A stretch of DNA of 64,000 nucleotides from Lama glama (GCA_028534125.1 CM052816.1:74030001-74094000); one strand, 5' to 3'; counted from the stretch's first letter, positions 1 to 13,388 are shown. Program-made: numbers and translations. The notes: a model not told the origin generated them from the sequence alone.

Positions 1-449
1 ATCCAGCTTACTCCATTTATCACTGTTCTCTCCATGCTCACGTTTTTCTAAACCATTTGAAGTTAACATGGCCTTTTATGACTGCTCCAGTGTTTTAACT
101 GCATGTTTTTCTTTGTGAAAACTCCTTGTGGCTTGGATTATAGGAATGTCTATCCAAATTGGGGTTTCTGTTTGCTCGTGTCAGGAGCCACAGGAGTAAC
201 ACTGGCTTGGAACAAGTTTCTGTTTTCTTGTCATGAGGATTCTTTATATAGACAGTAGAAATTTGAAGTGCAGGTCCATTGTTACAAGTTCTCTGGGGAA
301 CCCGTTTCTTTAGAGCACTTCTGTCCTCGCTCCAAACCCAGGCGGACACGTCCAGGCTTCTTTGCCATCTGCCTTTGCCACCTTGGGGTATTTTTTTTTT
401 TTTCCTTACACACTGTTTTTGTGGTGGTGGTGGGGCAGGGTATTTAGGG

Positions 450-567
450 TTTTTGAGGCGGGGGGCAGTTAGGCTTATTTATAAATTTTTAAATGGAGGT
501 CTTGGGAATTGAACCCAGGACCTTGTACATGCTAAGCACATGCTCTACCACTGTGCTATACCCTCCC
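450..567 (-). mobile_element. tRNA-derived SINE (Vic-1-like, camelid)
   Basis: Reverse complement reads GGGAGGGTATAGCACAGTGGTAGAGCATGTGCTTAGCATG...GGGTTCAATTCCC, with A and B boxes. Confidence 0.85.
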
Positions 568-574
568 TCTAGGT

Positions 575-658
575 TTATTTTTTAACAAAAGTACTGCGGA
601 TTGAACCCAGGACATTGTGCGTGCTAAGCACACACTCTGTGACTGAGTTGTATCCTCC
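575..658 (-). mobile_element. Second tandem tRNA-derived SINE, more diverged
   Basis: gattgaacccaggac...gctaagcacacactct...gagttgtatcctcc; same family as the adjacent copy. Confidence 0.75.
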
Positions 659-1732
659 TTGTTTTTTCTTGATCTACCTTTTGCTTGAGATACTAGCCCT
701 CTGAATGTCCCAGGTTTGTGTTGGTGAGATGGATGTGGGGCATGAATTCCATCTCCTTGTTTCACACGGGCCCAAGACCTTGCTTTCTGACCTTTGGGTT
801 TTAAAATCCAAGCCCCTTTGTTACTTAAGACCCCGTGGTCTACTAGCCTCCCAGCTGTAGTAGTTATGTATGTATGGCTTTCAGTTATGTCATCTGGTGA
901 CTTTTTTTTTAAACTAATTTGTACATTTAAAAGAATGTCTTATCTGTGCCTTGAGCATTTGTGGCAGGAAGGTTTGGAAGGTTTTATAGTTAAAATTGTC
1001 TTCAAATTGCCAAGATTGGATGTCAAAATATCGCTAAGCCTTTAGGGTGGAATTATTTTTATGGAGAGTAACAATCTTGGAAAAACATGGTCTCTACTCT
1101 GTTTAATTATATTATCCTCTTGAAATTTGAGGTATTTGTTATTCCCAAGAAACTAATTGTAGGTAACTACTTTCAATATATACTGACCCATTTTATTATT
1201 CAGAGGTAAGGACTCCATACACACATGCCAATCTTAAAAGATACTCAGTAACACTGCCTAAGTCAGTTGGCAGGTGGAGAGCTGTAATATCACCTGTTTG
1301 CTGTAGAAGAGCCCATCCAAGGGAGAGCTGATGTTGCTGAAACATTTATCAGGTAGCTACCTTCCAGCTGTCTCTGCGGAGAGGGAAGGAAAGAAAATCC
1401 CCTGTGCTCGAAACGTTTGCTAGGTTAGCCTCCTCTGATTGAGAAACTTGGACCAATGATGGCTCTTATCTGGTAGCCAGATAGCTCACTGTATCTCTTA
1501 GGAGTAACGGGGGAGCCAGAAACTAGGAGGTTTGATTGAAATCCCTCCTCGTGGAAGGAAAAACAGTAGTATGGAAGAAACATGTTCTTCCCCAACAAGT
1601 TAGGACAATACTTGGTCTGATGGAAAGCAGCAGTAGAAATTATAAACAGCATACACATTGGCTGTGAAGTGTACTCTGGTATATTCATAGTGGCTTTGAT
1701 TTCCAACCTATATTTAGAGGAATATTAAATGG

Positions 1733-1956
1733 ATACTTGACCCAGAACAACATATTTGAACCGCACAGGTCTATTTATATGTGAATTTTTTCTACAGTAT
1801 ACATGGGGTTAGTTGTACTACAGTACCACATGGGGTTAGTTGAATCCACAGATAGAGGAACTGCACATAAGGAGGGCTGAGTAAGTGATACACGGATTTT
1901 CAATTGTATGGAGGGTCAGTCGCCCTTACCCCCATGTTGTTAAGGGGTCAGTGTAT
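1733..1956. mobile_element. Tigger2-like DNA transposon derivative (MITE)
   Basis: Imperfect terminal inverted repeats ttgacccagaacaaca / tgttgttaaggggtcagtg. Confidence 0.65.
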
Positions 1957-2155
1957 AATTCATGAGCATGTGATGGCGGGGGAGATAAAGCAAGCCAATT
2001 AGAATGTAAATTTTGTAAAAGCAATCCCTAAATATGTAGTCAGAACCTGGCTGCTAATGAAACATTGGATCTACTCAGAGTCATAACATAAAAAAAATTT
2101 TAGTGGCCATTTCATATGAATTTTTTTCAGCATTAAAATTTATTTATTTTTTTAG

Positions 2156-2249
2156 ATTACCAAGAGAAATATCAAGAGCTACTTGAAAGAGAAGACTTTT
2201 TTCCAGATTATGAAGAAAATGGAACAGATTTATCGGGGTCTGGTGATCC
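2156..2249 (+). CDS. PAIP1: PAIP1 penultimate coding exon
   Basis: tttttag acceptor and CC|gtaagt donor; translates DYQEKYQELLEREDFFPDYEENGTDLSGSGDP, which matches my recollection of the PAIP1 acidic C-terminus. Confidence 0.95.
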
Positions 2250-3398
2250 GTAAGTTCTCTTTAGCTACTTTCATTGTGAAATTTGTGGCCAGAGTTTAGG
2301 AGTTTAGAAAAGAAAAGATGATGAGTGTGCATTCTTATTTGATGGTGTTATAGTGGTATATGAGTAGTAGTTATTTACCAAAAATTTCAGAAAATCATAT
2401 TAGGAAACACTATGATTCTGAAAATTTATATATAGTTGAGGGAGTTAAAAACTACTAATGGAGCATATTGAAGCTATGAGTTTTTATAAAATAAGATACT
2501 TTTATTATGCCTAACACTTTAAGTAAGTGGCTCAAATACTGTAATATCTTGGGCAAGTTCTGTGCCTGTTTCTCCATGTATTAAATAGGAATAGTAGTAC
2601 CCCTCGAATTTTTTTGAGAACTAAATGAGATACACAAATACTTGGAACAGCCTTCTGGTACAAGTAAAAAGCTCAAATCTTAGTTGTTAAAGGAGTTAAA
2701 ATTAAAACAAAACTATATAAAAATATTTGGGCTGATAGGAATATGTAAATTAGTCTCGTCACCTGCCATTCTTTGTAATATTACTCATTTATCCTTAGAT
2801 TGTGCTACATTTTGTATATGGAAGGGGCAAGAACTTTTGAGGTTTAGTCCCAGTTCTGTTAAGAATTCATGTGAATGTGGACAGGCTACTTAGATTCTAG
2901 TCTTCATAAGTGTGTGCTGTAGGTTTAAAAAAAAAAAAAACCACATTCTGTCTCCAACTAGTGACATTTTAATTATATCAGTGTAAGATTTTCTAATGTT
3001 GCTATACCTTTATATACTAGTTTTAGTAGAAAAAAAAAATACAGGGCAGTGCTTCCAAGCACAGTTAGGAAAGTTCAGCCCTGCTGAGTGTACCATTGGA
3101 AATTGAAGTTGTCCTTGGCATTGAATTTCAGGTTATCCTGTAAGGTTTTGCTTGGTAAGCGTTACATTTTCTTTGCCCTAATGAACTTGTGGCATTTCAG
3201 CACATGGCCTGCACTAGAAATGGGACAGGAACAAAGAGAAAAAGACCTATCAGCAGTTGGTAGGATTGGCAAGATAGTTTTGTCACATATGTAGGTGGAA
3301 AGGGTTATGGGGGTGGGGAGACACACGCCATGCTTTGTGGCTTAGCATCTTAGACATTTTCTGAATTGTAAAACATTACATCTTTGCTTCTTTCACAG

Positions 3399-3492
3399 AT
3401 ATTTGGATGATATTGATGATGAGATGGACCCAGAGATAGAAGAAGCTTATGAAAAGTTTTGTTTGGAATCAGAGCGTAAGCGAAAACAATAA
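3399..3492 (+). CDS. PAIP1: PAIP1 last coding exon
   Basis: tttcacag acceptor, phase-compatible with the previous exon; translates YLDDIDDEMDPEIEEAYEKFCLESERKRKQ-stop (TAA 3490-3492). Confidence 0.95.
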
Positions 3493-4585
3493 AATTAAAT
3501 TTCAGCGTATCAGTTTTATAAAGCAGTTTAGGTTATGGTGATTTAGCAGAACACAGGAAAGCAAGAAAATGTGTCACACTTATACCAAATTAAGGATGTT
3601 GAGTTATGTTACTAATGTATGCAACTTTAATTTTGTTTAACACTCTGCCAAAATAAACTTTATTCCCTATAACTTAAAATGTGTATATATATATAATAGT
3701 TTATTATGTACAGTTAATTCCACTGTTTTGGGCTGCAATAAAATTGATTTTGAAATAAATGAGATGTTGAAAATAAATTTTGCTAGCTGGGTTAGAAGCT
3801 TATCCTTTAAATTCTACTTTTCTTGAGGTAAAGTCTTAGCCTGGAAATACATATTACTGCAAAATGTAGCATTCTTTTTTTAGATATGAGCATTTTAGCT
3901 TTCATTTAGTTTTACGTTTAGTGTTTCAATGAATTGAGTTTCAAATATGAATTGCTATCATGAATATCTTTAGCACTGAAGTCTTAGAATATATGGTTAA
4001 CAACTGATTTACATATCCAGATGCTGTTTGATACCAAGGGCTTTTAAAAACGGCATTAAAAAAAAAAAACTTAGAACTCCCAGCTAAACCATGATTCTTC
4101 ACTGAGGATTTATTGCAATTCTAGAATTGTTTGGTTTTTTCACTTAACCTCATTACCTTAAAGCCTAGAACACTATTCTGCTTTATTTATATAACTTTCT
4201 CACTTTCGTTTTATAGCATGAGTTGCATTGACTTTTTTACTAGAGAATTTTACTAGATCTTTGTCACTCAAGTTTTCATCTGCTTTATAATTGATACACC
4301 TTGAGAATCACTTTTCTAATACTTATACAATAATATGGTACCACCTCAGCCCTGAGTAATATTTTTACCTAATGTCAAATCTTTTTCCAACTAACTAAAA
4401 CTTAATGTACAAAAGGATTGCTTGTAAATATGCATGTAAATAGTTCTGTTAATAACCCACTGTTTTACATTTGGTACATTTGTGTCTGCTAATACAGTTA
4501 GCTTTCTCACTTTTCTGCTTGTTTGTTTCAGTCTGGATTAAAGTTAGACTTTGAAAATAAAATTTAAATAGTTTTGTTTCCTCTT
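3493..4585 (+). other. PAIP1: PAIP1 3'UTR with proximal and distal poly(A) signals
   Basis: Repeat-free AU-rich sequence; AATAAA at 3652, 3737, 3754, 3772 and 4556, ATTAAA at 4537, T-rich tract downstream; 3' end approximate. Confidence 0.75.
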
Positions 4586-5102
4586 AAGTTTTTGGAGTAG
4601 TATCCTGGTATTTTAAAGAATTTCTGTTGGACTTTTTTACATGACATCATAAAGTTATTTTATAAGACTGAAACGAGAGAAGCTATGCTAGAGTAGAAGA
4701 AACTATTCAATGTCTGTTGAATAAGAATTTCAATAAGAAATACATCTACTTGGAAAAACTAGCAAATATAAAACAAAACTTTTAGTATCCTTGTTGTAAA
4801 GAAGGGAAATACATATGTAATTGGGGTTTTTGGAACTTGTAATAGTCAGAATTCTTTTTTTCAGAATGACTCCTAACATGGTGGCTGTTGCCTTAATCTG
4901 CAGTTCTCCAAAGACTGCTCACTGTAATCTCGGGAAGGGGGTGGAAGGAAGGGGCCGGCCATTAGACCCAGCCAAGTGTATGCTAACTGAATATACTTAA
5001 ATTCTAGCAATTTCTCTGTAAAATAACCACCCAGTTTTATCTACTAGCTCATTGTCACCAACTACTGCTGTACTCACAACAGCTATGAACAGGATCAGTA
5101 TA

Positions 5103-5550
5103 TGTTCCAGTTTACTAGTGCTAGTGAAGTAACCACCCAGAGTAAGCGTGCTCCAACAGTAAGCGTTCTATTATACTCTGGCTCAGGAATTTGGACAGGA
5201 GCACAATAGAGTTGGCTTTTCTCCACCCTTCAGTGTTTGAGCCTCAGGGTGGCTTGAACAGCCAACAGCTGGAATCACCTAGAGTTATCTTTACTCCACT
5301 CACATGGCTGGTGACTGGGCTGAGAAGACTTGAAGCCATCATTTGACCAGAACCACCTACGCATGGCTTGTCTATATGGCTTGGATTCTCACAACGTGGC
5401 AGCTGGATTTTGAGAGGGCATTGCAGAAGACCCAGGAAGAAGCTGCATTTGGAAGCTGCACACAGCGTTACTTCCACTAGAGTCTCTTGGTTCCAAGTGG
5501 GTTGCTGTAAAGCCCTTTAAGGATTGTGTGGATGTGTTTTAAAACTGCAG
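5103..5550 (-). mobile_element. MaLR (MLT1-like) LTR relic
   Basis: Characteristic segments ggctcaggaatttggacagg, catggctggtgactgggctg, ctcacaacgtggcagctgg. Confidence 0.55.
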
Positions 5551-5779
5551 CAGTAGGTACTGAAAGCAAGAGTTGGTCTTGTGCCACAGCTGTTGGCCTT
5601 AGGGTTGCCCTAGCTTCAACAGAAACATGGGCCAGTCAGCCTTTTGTCAGAGGGATTATTAGTACAAGTCTTCAGTGAGCAAGGAAACAAAGGTTGCAGT
5701 GAATGTCAGTCTTGTGTCTGGTAACACAGTGCAAGTATTAGCCTGAGCCCGGCAGTCGTGTCATTGACTCAGACCCTCA

Positions 5780-6790
5780 GCCAGACTACCAGGACCACAT
5801 CTGTACCGGAATATGTTGGGTGAGGTACGTGAGGTGAGGCAGAATATACACCATGGGGGACTGTTGGGTATGTCCATAAGAGGGTGTTAGAAAGAAACTA
5901 TTACAGGATTTGGGCTTTGATTGCATAACTTGGGAGAGGGTCTAAAAAACTGGAGGTTCACTCTAGCCTGGATGCTGTCAGAAAGGAGGGGCAATTCTAT
6001 GGTTAGGTATTTCATTCAGTCTTATTTATAGGGAGGACAAGAGGGCATGGATTAAGTTTTAATTTTTTTTTAATCTTACATTTATTGAGAGAGGATGCTT
6101 GGTATGGAAGAGTAAAAACCTATCCAAGACTGAAGGACTGGAAATCAGCTCAAACTGGAAAAGAAAGTAGCCCTGCTTGTTAATTGGGCTGGGAGGACAG
6201 ACAGATAAAGCCAGCTGCAAATTTAATAGGAAACATTTTCCCCCAAGGTCATGTGGCTATAAAGTGCCATCATGATCCCCTCTTTGTGTGACCACTGCTT
6301 TGTTACCAATGATGCCTCCAGACCTGCTTTGCTGTCCTTACCCATCTTTTACTGGGGATCCGAGTTGCTAAACTGCCCTCACCTCATAAACTGCACCCAA
6401 TCCCTAGTTAATCCCTGCTTCTAATTCTGCTGCAGAAACTGCATCCAGTCCCAGAACTGGACTCTCTTCCCTTAGAACTTCCTCAGAATTCTTCAGCAGG
6501 AACCCAAACCTTACAAAGGTGGTGCCCTCCTCCCCCTGTGGAAAGCAACTTCATGTTCCTCTGGAGTGTGCTTCCTTGTTTACAAGTCAAGTATTTTGTC
6601 AGACTGCAGGCTTGAGCCTGGTGGTCTTTGGCTGACTAAACATTAGATGTATTGTGTCAGCCTGGCAGAATGCCAGCCCTGGATGAACCTGACGCTGCTG
6701 CTGCATCCAGACAGCTGGAGGTCATGTTTCTGGTAGGTTTGTGCTACTGCAAAGTCATAGGCAGCACCTGGCTGTCAGTGCTGCCAGTAA
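5780..6790. mobile_element. Degenerate, possibly nested ERV LTR fragments
   Basis: LTR-like composition; a probable + strand LTR ~6105-6645 ending ...gactaaaca; boundaries uncertain. Confidence 0.4.
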
Positions 6791-6899
6791 TCTTTGTGTT
6801 TCTTCATTCTCCTGTTTAACTATTTCAAACCCTCTCCACTCTGTGTGCCCCTTTATCCCCTAAGTGATGATGTGCTTCACAGGAAAAAAAAAAAAAAAA

Positions 6900-8580
6900 G
6901 CCACCAGACGTGTACAAAAATTCATCTGCATGCACTTCACCCCTCCTCTTCCTGTGTGGAAGTATCCCTCTTCCTACTAAAGATTAGTTACTGAACATGT
7001 GCTTGAATCCCATGCCTTCTCACTCTCATGAACTATTGTTACTTGATCTGTAGTTAAATTTTTTTCTCCATTGGCCCTTTGCGTGGGCTGTTGAACATGC
7101 CATTCCTATCATTAAAAGAAATCCGGCCCTCATATTTCTCTCCAACTGCAGTCCTGTCTCTGCTTCCTAGTCAGACTTCCAAAGTGTTATCCCATTTTTC
7201 CATTTCCTTACCTCCTATTTGCTCTCCTAACCCACTATAGCTTCTGTCACCAGTGACATTCATGTCATTAAATTGAGTAAACACTTCAACCTTTAGCGTG
7301 TTCTCTAGGCAATATCTGGCATTGTCAAGTGACATCAAAACTGAAAACATCTAGGCATCTACAATACAGTAGCTTGCTTTTCCAGCTTTATACTCTTTCT
7401 CAGTGTTTTTTTGGATGCTCTTCCTTTACCCTAATCTGTAAGTACCAGTGCTCCTCAAAGCTCAGTCCTAAGCATTCTTTTCTCATGTCACAATATCCTC
7501 GGACTACTTCATCTTCTGAAGTTTCAGTTAGCAGCTATCACCACTGACCTCCAGATTTATTTCTAATCTCCTGTTCTAGATCTTTGCTAACTTGTCATTT
7601 CCACCAGGAGGACTCATAAAATTTAAGTCACACTGTTCTCTAAATTTGCACTTCTCCCAAATCCCTCCCATTGACAGCACTGCCACCTCTCCATTTGCCC
7701 CAACCAGAAACCCTGGAACTGTTAACTTCCACTGTTAAATCATCCCAAGACTATAGAGTCTACCTAAATATATCTTGGAGCTGTGCTCTCCACTCTCACT
7801 GTGCAGTCTTGAGTTTGAACTACCATCATCTGTTGTGTTTTCAAAAGCCTTCTACTAGGCTCCACACATCTGCTCTTGCATCCTACAGTCTATTCTCTAT
7901 TTGGTAGTTCCAGGAATCTTTCTAATACACAAAAAGCACCACAAAACCTCTCTGTAGTTAGAACTTTTATATAGGAGGTTCTTAGTAAAGGGGAAGAAAG
8001 AAGGATAGGACCTAAATTAGCACTGTGTAATAAAACTGATAGTACAGTTCAATGAATAAAAACATTGTCTGAGGATGCCCTAATTACACTTTACATACGA
8101 TTGAGGTCAATTTGCATATCAGACTTTTAAAAATGGAGATAAATTTAAGGAGTTATATTCCTGCCCATTCCTCGATGCTGCCAACTTTGCTTTAAGCCCT
8201 TGTAATAGTTTACCATTGCTTTTAAGACAAAATCCATAATTCATAAATCTGTACTGACTATCTCTAAAGCCCCATTTTAGGCTTCTCTCCCCTAAGAGAT
8301 CTTTAATCATTTTTAAACCAAACTTTCTTTCAGTCCATTTAAGGGACCAGATCTTCCCAAGGGTCTCGGGGCCTTAACACAGGATATTACCTCTGCTTGA
8401 AACACTTGCCCCTCTACTTTGCCAGGCTAACACCTACTTATCCTTTGGATTTCGGTGGAAACATTTCCTCAACCTGGGTTAGGTCTGCCCACTATGCTCT
8501 CACGGACCTCTGTATTTTATCTTAGGAACACTTAACACAACTGTGATCACATTATCGTCTAGTTGTTTCTTTCCAGTTAA
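6900..8580. mobile_element. L2 LINE fragments
   Basis: Pyrimidine-rich L2-like segments (gtcaccagtgacattcatgtc, tgcttgaaacacttgccc, ccaggctaacacctactta). Confidence 0.55.
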
Positions 8581-8583
8581 TTT

Positions 8584-9056
8584 TGTGAACGAAAAATACC
8601 GCAACCATATCAATAAACAAAGAGTGCTGAAACCATCAAATCAGCAGCAGCTGCCGCTACCCCCAATGAAGAAGCCTGCAGCCCAGCCTCTGCAGCCACT
8701 CACAATGGTGCACTGAGGGGACTTAGAATAAGAAAGGACAGGATACTGGCCCTAAATAGCTATATGCTTGTCAAAGGAATGAATTCAATGAGCCCAAATG
8801 TTTGCTCTCTCCCATACATAGAAAAGAGCTAAATTCTTTAACTTGAGATACCTGGTTTTCTTCAGTTAACAAGTAATCTTTTAATGTTCCGACCACCTGG
8901 TCTTCGTTGTAAAACTCCTGTATATCCTACCTTCTCCCCTACCTCTTTGGAGCCGTCCCTCAGAGCAATCTGAGAGGCTGTCATCCTGGCTCGAGTCCTC
9001 CCACCGAATAAAACATAACTATCAACTTTTCGGCTGTGCATTTATTTCAGTGGACA
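8584..9056 (+). mobile_element. Solo ERV1-type LTR (473 bp)
   Basis: TG...CA termini (tgtgaacg...gtggaca), AATAAA ~45 nt before the end, 4-bp TSD attt/atct with one mismatch. Confidence 0.75.
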
Positions 9057-9439
9057 ATCTCTAGCCCCCGTGCTCCATCCTGGGTCCCATTCCCTGCTTT
9101 ATCCCCAGCACCCCTAGCACACACTACTAGTTTCTCCATAAATATTCTAGCGGCACCAAATATAGCAGAGACGTCAACTTGCTATTTGAGGGGAAAGAAG
9201 GCGCAGAGACACAGTTGAAAGACATTTTCTGATAAAGTATTTAAATAGGAAAAGTAGAGGTCTATCTTTGGTCAAGTTTTTTCACAGCCTTATTGAGATA
9301 TAATTGTTTAGATTATTTAAATAAGCATCACTCCGCTAAAATCCACCTTTACAGTTATCTTGGCTAGGCCATCAGAACGCTGATCCTCACCCACCTTCCC
9401 GCAACCAGGTACCACCGGTTCCTTCTTTCTGGGGTACCA

Positions 9440-9730
9440 GAAGTAAAAACCGGAGACAAGTCCACCGGCTTCCGGACTGGGAGCCCCGCCTCCCGACTTC
9501 CGGTCCCGCCTTTCCGACGCAAGCGACTTCCGGCCTTCCTTCCTAAAGCGGAGCGACCGGGAAGATTTGAATCGCATTTGTTTGCGTTTGCTGTCTCTCC
9601 GGGCTGGCAGCTAGGGCTGCCGCTTTCTCCCTCTGCTCCGACTTGACGAAGGACCCGGGAACACTCTCCTTGTGTCCTTACTCCTCTCGGTTATGATTGT
9701 TTTCCTTCATCGAGAAACATCACTTGCTGG
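9440..9730 (+). promoter_or_regulatory. C5orf34: C5orf34 CpG-rich promoter and probable non-coding first exon
   Basis: Local CpG cluster; ETS-type CTTCCGG at 9469, 9497 and 9527; GC box 9483-9493; TTTGAA (CHR) 9566-9571; candidate donor CTG|GTAATT at 9730. Confidence 0.75.
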
Positions 9731-10399
9731 TAATTTGTCAAATTCAAGAACTGTTCCTCGGGAAGCAGTTGTGGGCGGGTGCAGAGGCTGCGACTTGGAG
9801 CATTTTGGCAAGTGAAAGCACAAAGGCCGGTGATTGGCCTCATTTCCACGACTTTTGGGCTCAGAACTGCTTGATGTGTGAGTCCAAGACGTTGGTAGTT
9901 GTTTCGATGAGGATTTTTCTGTAACTAGATAACGCATTTTGAAAAATGAAGTTCCTCTTAATGTCAAGAACGAACTTGTGGCCTTTCGATCCTTAAACAC
10001 ACTCTGACGTAAACTGCTGGCTGGGTGGTGAAAATACGAACAGGAATAAGACACTAGAAATGTGGTTGGAAATGTGGGTTGGAGCCGGATTATGTTCTTT
10101 TAATGATATTCCGGGAACTTTAGACATTCCACTGTTTCTTGTGTGTGCTTCATTATTTAAGTGATCTAAACAACAATTATGTTTCAGTAACCTGTTTTTA
10201 AGTTGGCTAAAGATAAAGACCTTTTTCCAATTTATATCAGAAAATATGTTTTCTAACTGTGTCTCTGCTCCTGTTTTTTTCTAAAATAGTAAGTAGACGT
10301 CATAGGTATATATGATATATGTAGCTGAAATCTAAATATATTTATTGCTGTGAATATTTATTGCCACTTAACAAGTATGTAAACAAGTGGTGTAAAGTG

Positions 10400-12500
10400 G
10401 TTGGTAGGGTCTGGATTGTGGAAAGTTACCTATGACAGCAATACTGGAAATGGATTGGAGAAGGGAAAAAGTGGGAAAGGGTCCCAGGCAGTTTACAGGA
10501 GTTGAGGGGAGAACTGATGGCCTGAAATAGAAAATGAGGAGCCAGATTTATGAAGGAGACTTAAAAAATCAACAGGACTTGTTATAGGGTTGTAAAGGGA
10601 AACAAGTCAAATATTGCTAACATTGAGATGCTATTAACTCAAATTGCAAAATCAGGAGGAACAGAAAGTTTTTAATTCACATATATTTCATCATTAAGTA
10701 AATATTTACTGCACTCTTATTGGCCAAGTATTGTTTTAGATTCCAGGAATACAATTGTGAATAAGACAGATGAGGTCCCTGCTCTGACTGAGTTTATATC
10801 CCAGTGGGAAAACACAAAAAGCAAGTAAATAGACAGAATCAGTTTTGATAGTAATCGATGTTATGAAGAAAAAAATGGATAAAAAATGACTAGGAGATGG
10901 TTAGGAACAACTTTAACTGAGATGGTCAAGTCAGGCCTTTGAAGAAGGTAAGTATTTGTGCTGAGATATTAATGGAACCAAAAACCAACATGTGATGAGG
11001 CAGGAAAAGGACATGCTAGGCAGAAAGAACAGTGCAAAGGTTCTCAGATGCGACACAGCGCGCCTTAAAAAAAAAAATTAGTAAGGCCAACATAGCTAAA
11101 GTGTCCTGAACAAGAAGGGATTAAAAGATAACATTAGAGTGGTAGATGGAGGCAGACTGCATGGCTTTTATATAGGCCATGGTTAAGAATTTGGATTTTA
11201 TTCTAAGCGCAAATGTTGGGTTGTAAGTCAGGGAGTGTTAGATCTCATTTTTATTTTAAAAGATCCCTCTGGCTACTGTTTGTAGACTGGACTTGAGGGA
11301 GGTTAGAGTGAAAGTGAATTAGGGGATATCACAGAAGTCTACTTTTGGTGGGAGTGATTAAGTTCCATTTTAGTCATTTGAGTTTGATTTATCTGTAGAA
11401 GAGGGACATGAAGAGGTTTCCAGCAGGCAGTGGAAGCTCTGGAGAGAGGTCAGGTAGATTTGGAAGTTCTCTACAGAAAAAAAATGATTACAGTTATGTG
11501 ACTCTCCTCAGGAGAGATCATGTGGTTTAAGATTTACTTATATCCTGACATATTCCACAAAGGATTATAGACCAAGTCATATGTAGCTAATGCATACATT
11601 GAAAAGGGGTAGGATATTTTTAAAAAGCAAGGGTGGCATAAAAGCAACACAAGTGTATATAGTAAGAAGAGATGACATGGGGACTAACCAAGGTCAGGTC
11701 TTGATGAATACTTGATATGAGAGAATGGTGAGGAATAGATTAAAGAGGAATAGAGGAATGATTAAACATAAAAGAGCAGTAGATGGAGTGGGAGTCAGGG
11801 GGACCATGGAAGCCCCCCTCCCCCTGAAAAAAGGCAGAAGAGGAGAGTTTGATGCAAGGGAAGATAGACCACCCTGTCACAGGTTGACTAGTTTAGTAGG
11901 ATGAAGACTGAAGTAACTGGGCATAGGAAGATACTGGTAACCGGTGTGAAACAATTTCAGTGGAGAGGTGGAGGGGAAAGCTGGATTGCAATGGACTGAA
12001 GAGTGATGCGAGAGAAAGTGGACCCTGAGTGGATACTACACCTGAGAAATTTATTGGTAGGAAATGGTGGTAAACTGGGGGAAATGGTATCTATGGAAAT
12101 TCCTGTCAGGTTAAACGTGATCACCTGAGTAGCAGGAGACGATGTCCTAGAAGGGAATGGGATTCGTTTTAGAAAAGAATCATAAAATATATTGAGCTCC
12201 TAGAAGGCAACATTCACACCACTGGCACTGCCATATGTGTTGTCTCATTTAATCCTCACAGCAGTCCTGTTACCACCCCCATCTTGCAAATAAATAACCA
12301 ACCAACCAACCTGAGGTCTATTGCTAGTAAATGGTGTGTGAATGGAACCCAACACTCTAATTCCCCTTCTGTCATATCTGTATGGAAAGCATAAGTGAAG
12401 AGACAGAGACATTTTAGAGGTAAAGAAGAGGAAAGTGAATTCAGTGAAATAAGGATGAATCTAAGACACTAGGCAGTGAATTAGCTTTCTGAGTAGTGAC
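10400..12500. mobile_element. L2/MIR fragments in C5orf34 intron 1
   Basis: Purine-rich L2-like segments (taggccatggttaagaatttggattttattctaag; aaagatccctctggct) and MIR-like tctcatttaatcctcacagcagtcctg. Confidence 0.55.
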
Positions 12501-13042
12501 ATAGGGCTACTTCCTTAATGCCAGGCTAGGAACAAGAGTCCAGGTGCCCATTTCCCTCAGGCCTAGTAGTTACTTTTGGCCTGCCTTTTGCATTATTACA
12601 AATGATTTGCTGCATTCTTACTGCAAAGGTGGAATTTGCTTGTTATCTGAAATGAGATAGTGAGCATATGATTTTTAGAAGTTAAACTTCAGAAGAATAA
12701 AACTACTAAAATTGTAAAGGCAATTATAAAGCTATAAAATTATAACTTGGTGGGTTATCTTCTCCCTCTAAGTTATCTTCCCACACTGGAGTAAAGCCTT
12801 TGGGGTTAATCAAGGCATTCTGTTAAGGATGTTAATTTCAGATCACATAAGTGTGTGGAGTAAGATAATCATGTTTCTCCAACAAAAGTAAATGCAATGA
12901 CAATGTTTTGCTTTTGTTCTTAGAAAATTCTTCCATATGTTTTGACAGAGCTTTTGTACATTAAGAGAACTATTTGTGCAACTGTATTTCTTTTTTCCCT
13001 CAGTCTTTGCCTTGGAAGGACATTTTATCCATAGTCACAGAA

Positions 13043-13237
13043 ATGGCAGCTGAAATGCAAATGATACTTTATGAAGATGATTCAGTGCAAGTACAGTATT
13101 TTGATGGTTCCAGATTGCAGCTTTCTCCCTGTGGTTCTGAATTTTTATTTGAAAAGGCACCTCCTGTTTCAGCACATCCTTTAGAACAACCAGAAAGAAT
13201 TCGCCAAAGAACACACTTTGTTATTAGCACTTACCGA
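13043..13237 (+). CDS. C5orf34: C5orf34 coding exon 1 (exon starts at 13004)
   Basis: ccctcag acceptor; aaATGG start; MAAEMQMILYEDDSVQVQYFDGSRLQLSPCGSEFLFEK...ISTYR; CGA|gtaagt donor. Confidence 0.93.
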
Positions 13238-13388
13238 GTAAGTAAAGATGACACAAGAACTACTCTTTTTTAATATTAAAATATTGTTGAGGTGGCCAGA
13301 ATATGGAAAGTAATTAGTATTCTGGATTACTGTAACTCTAAATTGATTTTCAAATCATTTTTAAAGATTATTTTGTGTTTCTTTGTAG

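Noticed and set aside
1791..1843. Direct repeat ctacagta..catggggttagttg x2
   Set aside because: Local tandem duplication inside a Tigger-like element; only two units with no spacers, so not an array.
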